From positions 5,515-69,514 of IMG/VR virus record IMGVR_UViG_3300028388_002747: a stretch of DNA of 64,000 nucleotides; one strand, given 5' to 3'. Every line of letters begins with the position of its first letter. The stretch's first letter is position 1. This document shows positions 57,868 through 64,000 of the stretch, in pieces. Origin of the DNA: a virus. The notes under the pieces are model-generated. The model was not told the DNA's origin. It worked only from the letters and a program-made list of their open reading frames with translations, and searched no databases. Made by a program: the position numbers and the translations under genes.

Positions 57868-58633
57868 ATTTTAATTCTCCATGTTGAATATCCCAAAGTT
57901 CATCTCTATTCAATGCTATTACATCAATTAAAGGTTGAATATTTAAATTCATAATTCTAGTATTACCAAGTCCACCTTTATCACTTACTACAAATTCAAA
58001 CTTTTCGATAGGTACTACATAATGATCTTCGTAATGAAAGAATTTATTAATATAACTTTCATCATTCACTGGAGGCTCATAGTTTATTCTTTGATCTTTT
58101 TCTTGCCATATTTTAAGAGTTTTACACATACCTATCATGTTTTCTTTAGTTCCTCCAAAGAAAGCACCATAATGATATATATAAGGTAAGTTACTGTTAT
58201 GAGGTACATATGCATTACCTCTAGGATTACGATCGAACCCTTTACCATTAGATAATGTAGTACGAGCAGCATAATGTTCACCACCTACTAATGAACCAAT
58301 AAACCAATCTTCTGTAAAAGGCTTTTGGATATTAGTGTCTGCATCAAAATAGTATAAGAAATCAGATGAACAATTGGCAAGTTTAATAATGTTCAAGAAT
58401 TTAGAGTTGGTTCCATCCCTCCAGTTATTATGACTAGTGGGATGGTACTCAACATTTACACCGTTTAAAGGTAGCAATTTGCACGGGTCTTTATCTGAAA
58501 AGAAATAGAATTTTATGTCAGCTTCTCCTTTATAAAAATAAATAAACCTTCTTATAAATCTAAGTCCTAATACAAAGTATGCATTAGTAGCTAAAAGTAT
58601 AATTCCTATTTCTTTCTTTTCTTTCATGGCCAA
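57848..58633 (-). CDS. Glycosyltransferase family 6 (ABO / alpha-1,3-Gal(NAc) transferase-like)
   Basis: IGIILLATNAY, YFFSD, DFLYYFDAD, YHYGAFFGG and NDESYINK are GT6 signature motifs. Confidence 0.85.
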   Translation of the reverse strand: MAMKEKKEIGIILLATNAYFVLGLRFIRRFIYFYKGEADIKFYFFSDKDPCKLLPLNGVNVEYHPTSHNNWRDGTNSKFLNIIKLANCSSDFLYYFDADTNIQKPFTEDWFIGSLVGGEHYAARTTLSNGKGFDRNPRGNAYVPHNSNLPYIYHYGAFFGGTKENMIGMCKTLKIWQEKDQRINYEPPVNDESYINKFFHYEDHYVVPIEKFEFVVSDKGGLGNTRIMNLNIQPLIDVIALNRDELWDIQHGELKFDNHGK

Positions 58634-58938
58634 ATATGAATTACATGATAATCCATTATTAAAGCTCTAATAATAGGTTCTTCTCCTCCTTCATCAAAAG
58701 GAACCATTTTAGCTTGAGATAAACCTTCCGGATTGATCAATACTTCTCTGCCATTTTCATATGCATTCTTTAGTTTATCACTACATGCATCTCCAATAGC
58801 CCATATCTTGACTCTTTGTAGATGTTTTAATAATTGCTTTTGCAATTCCTCTTTTGTGTTTTCATCTACAATGATTTTACTGTTTCTCTGGGGAATCTCA
58901 ACATATAAATACTTCCCAAGTACTTCTGGCTTATTCAT
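58624..58938 (-). CDS. GroES-like co-chaperonin (divergent)
   Basis: 104 aa. 'VLGKYLYVEIP..KIIVDE..IWAIGD..G.EVLI..LIMDYHVI' follows the GroES layout. Confidence 0.45.
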   Translation of the reverse strand: MNKPEVLGKYLYVEIPQRNSKIIVDENTKEELQKQLLKHLQRVKIWAIGDACSDKLKNAYENGREVLINPEGLSQAKMVPFDEGGEEPIIRALIMDYHVIHIWP

Positions 58939-59290
58939 AATTAATAGAAATTATTTTTAATAGTTCTAAACCTTGTTCTTTAGTAAGTTTAATCTCTGAC
59001 TGAAATGTATCTTTAACACGCTCGGTCATAAGATTTCCTTTCTTATCAAATCTAGGTTTTTGAGTTTTAGGATGTATTTGAGGACGAGTTTCCCATCTTT
59101 CATGTAAATCATCTAGTAAAACTAACACTTCATCATTCTGTAATGTTAGTACACGAATCACCCTATTTACATCAAACGAATGATATTCAGTGACAGTGTA
59201 ACCATCAATTCCTATAATTCCTTTTTCTGTATCTTCTTGTACAGGAGGAACCTCCCTTGTTGTTTTATAAAAAAAATGTGTTTTTTCCAT
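58931..59290 (-). CDS. Hypothetical protein
   Basis: 119 aa, coupled to its neighbours. Confidence 0.7.
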   Translation of the reverse strand: MEKTHFFYKTTREVPPVQEDTEKGIIGIDGYTVTEYHSFDVNRVIRVLTLQNDEVLVLLDDLHERWETRPQIHPKTQKPRFDKKGNLMTERVKDTFQSEIKLTKEQGLELLKIISINYE

Positions 59291-59458
59291 ATTATTGGTT
59301 TAAATTATTTGCTGCAGTTAATGAATATGAATTACTTATTCCAGAAGTATCACTGTAAGTAATATTTGTAGCTAAAGGATTATAATCATGTGTAGGGTGT
59401 TTTAACAACATAGAATCATCATTAAACATTATGCTACGTGCTTGAAGTGCTTTTTTTT

Positions 59459-59507
59459 GTCTAGTAGGCTTTGCAGCTATGTCTCCTACTAGACCTTTTA
59501 AAAAGGG
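59459..59507 (-). other. Programmed -1 ribosomal frameshift signal (slippery heptamer, 6-nt spacer, 10-bp hairpin)
   Basis: Minus strand reads CCCTTTT-TAAAAG-GTCTAGTAGG-N16-CCTACTAGAC. The -1 frame is open for 69 codons to TAA at 59294-59292. Confidence 0.7.
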
Positions 59508-59701
59508 CGAATAATAATTTCTACGTTGTCAGGATCTTCAGCGTATATTTCTGGAATTTCTCTTGTAACTTTAAAAGCTACAGCCTGCTCATCTTTGGCT
59601 AGACAAGTTTGTTTGTCTATAATAATAGAAGTTTCTTCTACTTTTCCCTTGTCATTTTTTTTGTGATGCAATACTGCATACTCGAATAATGATTTCCTCA
59701 T
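59498..59701 (-). CDS. Small hypothetical protein ending IIIRPF; probable -1 frameshift extension to 59292
   Basis: 67 aa. Last codons CGC CCT TTT TAA contain the heptamer C CCT TTT. Confidence 0.75.
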   Translation of the reverse strand: MRKSLFEYAVLHHKKNDKGKVEETSIIIDKQTCLAKDEQAVAFKVTREIPEIYAEDPDNVEIIIRPF

Positions 59702-59735
59702 CGTATTTAGTTTTAAAAATTAATAATCAAATATA

Positions 59736-60170
59736 TTAAATTAAATTGTATTTTTTTAATAATTGCTTTCTTCTTTTATTCACTTCTTCAAATCTAAACA
59801 TATCAGATTCAACATCTGCATGTTCATCAGGAGTTAAAAGAATTATATTTTCTGGATCATACTCTGCAATAGGGAATTTGATCCTAGGTAATATATGATG
59901 AAAGAATGTACTTAATGCTTCACTACCTAAATAAGTTCCAGAGACTTCAGATTTATGAGGTCGCTTTCTCCAAATTTTCATAAAAAAATGAACTCTTTTT
60001 TGATGTTCTGATTTTTTATTTGATTGTGGTTTATTTTTTGTTAATCCTGATTTAAAAGTGGAAATATTACTTTTTTTCTTGAGTGGTTTACGGCCTATAT
60101 GATTTTGACATAGCCCTCCACTCCATACAGGATTTGTACATCCTTCTCTTTTACATTTCTTACGCTTCAT
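59736..60170 (-). CDS. HNH/NinG-like endonuclease
   Basis: N-terminal C..C....C..H Zn motif; SEVSG..FHHILP..ENIILLT..EH. Confidence 0.65.
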   Translation of the reverse strand: MKRKKCKREGCTNPVWSGGLCQNHIGRKPLKKKSNISTFKSGLTKNKPQSNKKSEHQKRVHFFMKIWRKRPHKSEVSGTYLGSEALSTFFHHILPRIKFPIAEYDPENIILLTPDEHADVESDMFRFEEVNKRRKQLLKKYNLI

Positions 60171-60483
60171 TATCTAACTCTTCTAAAATTTGATATGGCA
60201 TTGATACATAATAATGTTGTATGTATTCCTCAATATATTCTCCTTTTTTACAAATTATTTCATTGTTTTCATCTTTCCAAACAAAAGTAGTAAAGCCTCT
60301 AAAGTGATCAGGTATTTTTACTCCTTCTTCTATATCATGATGTGTAATCCAAGAAGGTTTACCATACTTGTCATGGTCTTTATAAACTTCTAATTGTATT
60401 AATTTTTTGTCAATAAAATTTGAAGAATTTTTAGTAGCATAAATTAAATCATGAATTGTTCTCTTTACCTCCATTATCGTCAT
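60160..60483 (-). CDS. Hypothetical protein
   Basis: 107 aa, overlapping the end of recA. Confidence 0.55.
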   Translation of the reverse strand: MTIMEVKRTIHDLIYATKNSSNFIDKKLIQLEVYKDHDKYGKPSWITHHDIEEGVKIPDHFRGFTTFVWKDENNEIICKKGEYIEEYIQHYYVSMPYQILEELDNEA

Positions 60484-61483
60484 CTTGTTCTACAGGTATT
60501 CCGTTTAATAATCTATCTATTACTTTATTTCTAAGTTCTTGAAAAAATAAATCATCATCAAGCATTACTAAGAAATCTTCTAATTGATGTTTTACTCCAT
60601 CAAATGTATATGTTTTACCATATTTACGCCCTAGTTCAACTTCATCAGCTAATTGCATTAGCTCTTTCTTTCTATCTATACCAATACCAAAAGCAATATC
60701 AAATTTACAATCATGATATGGTGGCCAAGTTTTATTTTTGATAGTTCTGATTTTAGTTTCATTACCTATCACTTCTTTCCCATCTTTGGAGAGACTCTTA
60801 CTGATTTCTATTCTACAATCAGAATAAAATTTAAGAGCATGTCCTCCTTGAGTTGTGCGAGGATCTCCAAACATTACACCTATTTTTTCACGATATTGTG
60901 AGATAACCACAACAGCAGTTTTATTACTGGCAAGTAATGGTTTTAATTTTGGATAAGCAGAACTATTAAGCCTGGCTTTTAAACCAATAGCACTAGCTCC
61001 CACTTCACCATCTACAACTTTCTTAGGAATTAAAGAAGAGTCACTGTCAATAATAAGCAAATCAACTTCTCCAGTTTTAATCATTTCATTAGCAATATTA
61101 AAACCTTCTTCTCCATTAGCTGGTTGTGATAACAACATATTATCTATGTCAACACCTAATGCTTGGAAATAATTTTTATCAACAGCATGTTCACCATCAA
61201 TATATACTACTTTTCCTCCTTGTTTTTGACATTCTGCAGCTAAGTGACCACACACAGTAGATTTACCTGTGCCTTCCCATCCTATTAGTTCATAAAGTTT
61301 CCCTTTAACAATACCTCCTACTCCTAATACACCGTAATCAAATCCTATTGAACCGGTAGAAATAATCTCATGATCTCCAATACATTTATCATTTAATCCT
61401 AGTATAGCACCTTGGCCATACACTTTGTTTAATCTTTTAAGAGTGTCCTCAAAAGACTCTCTTTCTTCTTTCTTTTTTGCCAT
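60449..61483 (-). CDS. recA: RecA recombinase
   Basis: ISTGS, Walker A GWEGTGKS, YIDGEHA, IIDS, SQYREKIGVMFGDPRTTQGGHALKFY and KNK motifs. Confidence 0.95.
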   Translation of the reverse strand: MAKKKEERESFEDTLKRLNKVYGQGAILGLNDKCIGDHEIISTGSIGFDYGVLGVGGIVKGKLYELIGWEGTGKSTVCGHLAAECQKQGGKVVYIDGEHAVDKNYFQALGVDIDNMLLSQPANGEEGFNIANEMIKTGEVDLLIIDSDSSLIPKKVVDGEVGASAIGLKARLNSSAYPKLKPLLASNKTAVVVISQYREKIGVMFGDPRTTQGGHALKFYSDCRIEISKSLSKDGKEVIGNETKIRTIKNKTWPPYHDCKFDIAFGIGIDRKKELMQLADEVELGRKYGKTYTFDGVKHQLEDFLVMLDDDLFFQELRNKVIDRLLNGIPVEQDDDNGGKENNS

Positions 61484-61507
61484 ATGTAGTTATAATTTTT
61501 GTGTCTA

Positions 61508-61538
61508 TAAAGATAAATAAATTTTGATTTATAACAAA
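61508..61538 (-). promoter_or_regulatory. Bacteroidota-type promoter for recA
   Basis: Minus strand TTTG, N19, TATCTTTA, 24 nt upstream of the recA ATG. Confidence 0.6.
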
Positions 61539-61544
61539 ATAAAT

Positions 61545-61572
61545 TAGAAACCAAAGCCCTCCTAAGAGGGCT
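61545..61572 (-). terminator. Terminator-like hairpin after the MazG-like gene
   Basis: Minus strand AGCCCTC-TTAG-GAGGGCT followed by TTGGTTTCT. Confidence 0.6.
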
Positions 61573-61606
61573 AAGATTTCAATCTAAAAAACAGAAAAAA
61601 TGATTC

Positions 61607-61969
61607 TTAAATTTCTTCTCGATTATCACCACTACCATGTAAGGTGTTAGTTTTTCTACGTTTTATTAATTTGTCATAATTCATTTGTGCAATCTCTTCC
61701 AGAGATAAACCAAACTCATTAGCTAAAGCTGTAATATACCAAAGTACATCTCCTAGTTCTTTAGCTATTGCATGTCTTTCTTCATCAATAACAATCATTC
61801 TACCCACTTTATCAAGTGTATTGAATTCTTTATCACGATAAAGTTTTTTAATTTTGTCTGCTACTTCTCCAGCTTCCCCTGTAAGACCCATAGCACAATA
61901 AGCTATTCCTATTTCTTTAGGAAATATTGCTGTTTCTTCAATAATTTTTTGATAATCTTTAAAATTCAT
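61607..61969 (-). CDS. MazG-like nucleotide pyrophosphohydrolase
   Basis: GLTGEAGEVADKIKK..KELGDVLWY..N.DKL..R..GSGDNR. Confidence 0.9.
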   Translation of the reverse strand: MNFKDYQKIIEETAIFPKEIGIAYCAMGLTGEAGEVADKIKKLYRDKEFNTLDKVGRMIVIDEERHAIAKELGDVLWYITALANEFGLSLEEIAQMNYDKLIKRRKTNTLHGSGDNREEI

Positions 61970-62078
61970 AAGTTATTAAATATAAAAGGGTTGATACAAA
62001 AGCTAGTACTCCTATTATAAGAATACAAAATCCTATAAAAGCAGCTACTCCTTGCCAAGGTGAAGATTTATTATTCAT
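61959..62078 (-). CDS. 39-aa membrane peptide
   Basis: MNNKSSPWQGVAAFIGFCILIIEVLAFVSTLLYLITYEF; its stop overlaps the MazG-like start. Confidence 0.55.
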   Translation of the reverse strand: MNNKSSPWQGVAAFIGFCILIIGVLAFVSTLLYLITYEF

Positions 62079-62155
62079 AATTAATTTTGATTTTTTAATT
62101 GTTGATTATTTTCAACAAAAAGAATAGTATTGAAGATAATACACAACATTTTGTT

Positions 62156-62859
62156 TTAAAATATATATCTAATTGTGTTCCATGGAACTATTTCTTGATG
62201 TAATTCTTTAAATTGTTTTATATACTCTCTCTTTAGTGGTGCAAGATAACGAATATTTTCACCTCCATACTGAGAAATTTTAGTTTCTTGTATATCTGGT
62301 GTCCATAATAAATATTCTCCAGGCAAATCTTTTCCTAAATTATATTGATGTTTACCAGCATTATGTGTTAGAAATATTACTTCAGATTTTACATAAGGTT
62401 TATTTCTATCATGGGCATTAGACTAAATCTTATTCTTACTTTTCTTTCCGGGTTATAATCTAAAAATTCATAAGGTATAATCTTAGTAGCTAATGTAGCT
62501 TTAGCAATAGGATGAGTTCTAAAAAATTCAAATATTTCTCTCCAGTTATGTTGTTTTCTGTGTAATGCAAAATCTTCATTACATGCAATATCATATGTTA
62601 CATATTGTTCATCTGTTTGATTAGGTTTTTCTACTTGAGATTCAAACATAGCATGACTATTGATTTCAGTAAGTATTTCATTATAATTCTGTGCAATAGT
62701 CACTCCTTCTGCAAGATGTCTTTTCATGTAGCAATATGTACAATTTAACAGACATCCATAACCAAAAGAAGGAGTAATGTAATCACTACTCCTTCCTGAT
62801 GGTCTAATTTTAAATGTTTTTCTAGTTACTGTTTCTATTTTATTCATTTTTTTGTTCAT
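62156..62859 (-). pseudogene. Spore photoproduct lyase-like radical SAM gene, disrupted by an apparent internal deletion and frameshift near 62413
   Basis: The 5' part has GCLLNCTYCY (CxxxCxxC), YDIACNED, ATK and RIRFSLMP. The 3' part, in the -1 frame, reads KSEVIFLTHN..LLWTP..QETKISQYGGENIRY..IRYIF to TAA at 62156. Confidence 0.75.
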
Positions 62860-63019
62860 TTTCTAAGATTGTATTTCCTTTTCTTCTAGGCTTAGAATAA
62901 GGACAATTTTTACAACCTAATGCACAACAAAACCCTCTTCTAATTAATTGTTCTTTGCTGAGTGGAGGTGTATTCCACTCTTCATTAAAATAATACATAT
63001 GTTCTATCCAGGTTTTCAT
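62840..63019 (-). CDS. 59-aa Cys-rich protein (DUF5522-like)
   Basis: RRGFCCALGCKNCPY motif; TAATG coupling; missed by the track. Confidence 0.75.
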   Translation of the reverse strand: MKTWIEHMYYFNEEWNTPPLSKEQLIRRGFCCALGCKNCPYSKPRRKGNTILENEQKNE

Positions 63020-63261
63020 TAATAATTTCCTGTTGTTAGTTCAAATTTTTTATCATAAACACCATCATTTTCTACAACAATATATTCTTCTTCTAAATAA
63101 TCTAATATTCTGGAATAAACACCACCAGTAAATCTATTATAAGTGACATTTTCAGCTTTTCTTAATTTTCTTTTAGATATTTTATTTTTTGTTATAACAA
63201 GTGTTTTTTCTGGATTATTAAACCTAAATCCATTATGATAATCTATAAATAAAATTCTCAT
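63019..63261 (-). CDS. Hypothetical protein
   Basis: 80 aa, with overlapping start and stop coupling on both sides. Confidence 0.6.
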   Translation of the reverse strand: MRILFIDYHNGFRFNNPEKTLVITKNKISKRKLRKAENVTYNRFTGGVYSRILDYLEEEYIVVENDGVYDKKFELTTGNY

Positions 63262-63485
63262 TTAATTACAATCTTTTCTACGTTCATACCATCACTACTT
63301 TCATGAACCTCAATCTCTTTAGCAAATCCTTGCATTACTCTGTAAGGTTGTCTAGTATTTATTTTAGACTCACAAGGTACATTACATTCGATGTGATCTG
63401 TATGAATACAATTAGTTCTAAAGTGAACTGACCATTTGTTTGTTGCTCTTACCCAATGGTAAAAGAATCTCCATTTATCCCTCAT
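63258..63485 (-). CDS. Hypothetical protein
   Basis: 75 aa; 'WSVHF...C.....I.C.VP..SK....QP..VM.G' pattern. Confidence 0.65.
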   Translation of the reverse strand: MRDKWRFFYHWVRATNKWSVHFRTNCIHTDHIECNVPCESKINTRQPYRVMQGFAKEIEVHESSDGMNVEKIVIK

Positions 63486-63735
63486 TGTTTTTAATTTTTA
63501 AACCATTACTACATCCACAAGATGCCACAGTACCATCAACAAGGTACTTTGAAAGTGTGTGCTTGATGTTTCCACATTCACACTCACACTTCCAAACAAT
63601 ACCTCTGTTGCTGGTAAAAGGCCACTCATACTCAAAATCTGGTTGTAAAACTTTGAGTTTGCCATACTTTTTTCCAGTATGGTTTTTACACATACGTCCT
63701 GTATGTGGATTAATTAGCTGTTCGCACACACACAA
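63475..63735 (-). CDS. Cys-rich DNA-binding module of the type found N-terminal to HNH/AP2 homing endonucleases
   Basis: GKKYGKL.V..WKCECECGN...L..G...SCGC; no nuclease domain follows. Confidence 0.6.
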   Translation of the reverse strand: MCVCEQLINPHTGRMCKNHTGKKYGKLKVLQPDFEYEWPFTSNRGIVWKCECECGNIKHTLSKYLVDGTVASCGCSNGLKIKNNEG

Positions 63736-63777
63736 AAATTTTTGAGTTGAAAATCATGCTGTGTAAGGTACAACAAA

Positions 63778-64000
63778 TTATCCACATTTACTAGAGCCAC
63801 AATCCATACATGTACTACATCCCTCTTCAAATTTTACATTTTCACTTCCACATTCCATACAAGAAACAGTTGATTCTTCTCCGTTAGGAATATATTTCTT
63901 CAATACTCTTGCAAGTGATTTAGTAAAACTAAACATATCTCCTGGAGTCTTCTGTAATTGCTCCACTACAAACTTAACATCTGTACCATGTCTCAAGTTA
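63778..64000 (-). CDS. nrdJ: C-terminal end (partial) of class II (B12-dependent) ribonucleotide reductase
   Basis: LRHG.DVKFVVEQL.K..SF.K.LARVLKKYI followed by the Zn ribbon C.ECG..EEGC..C..CG.SKC; the frame runs off the window end. Confidence 0.75.
   Translation of the reverse strand, partial: NLRHGTDVKFVVEQLQKTPGDMFSFTKSLARVLKKYIPNGEESTVSCMECGSENVKFEEGCSTCMDCGSSKCG

Noticed and set aside
1-64000. Stop-codon reassignment (TAG/TGA), known in some crAss-like phages
   Set aside because: Very long ORFs (up to 4975 aa) are intact under the standard code, genes tile tightly, and the two broken genes are frame changes, not in-frame stops. No suppressor tRNA seen.
1-64000. CRISPR array, tRNA/rRNA genes, integrase or IS elements
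   Set aside because: No regularly spaced direct repeats, cloverleaf-like sequences or recombinase/transposase motifs were seen; intergenic gaps are short.

Overview
The whole window is an AT-rich, densely coding segment of a lytic crAss-like phage (Crassvirales-type podovirus). The host is most likely a Bacteroidota/Flavobacteriia: there are no Shine-Dalgarno sites and promoters look like TTTG-N19-21-TAnnTTT(G/A). Standard genetic code. The + strand (1-57152) carries the late/structural block: Thr-rich virion proteins, ring/tail-tube proteins, an IHF-like protein, a split muzzle/tail-stabilisation protein, cargo proteins, a 4975-aa virion RNA polymerase polyprotein (DFDID motif) ending in ASCH-like and NADAR domains, a 1627-aa PD-(D/E)xK protein, a mosaic tail-fibre region, lysis genes and a protein O-glycosyltransferase-like gene. 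The - strand (57253-64000) carries a methyltransferase, a GT6 glycosyltransferase, a GroES-like protein, an HNH-like nuclease, RecA, a MazG-like protein, a broken spore-photoproduct-lyase-like gene and the end of a class II RNR. Main leads: (1) a textbook -1 ribosomal frameshift signal at the end of a small non-tail gene (59292-59701); (2) a putative phage-encoded mucin-type virion glycosylation system (two glycosyltransferases, a methyltransferase and poly-Thr acceptor tracts); (3) a NADAR domain fused to the injected RNAP. All family assignments come from motif recognition by eye; no database searches were run.
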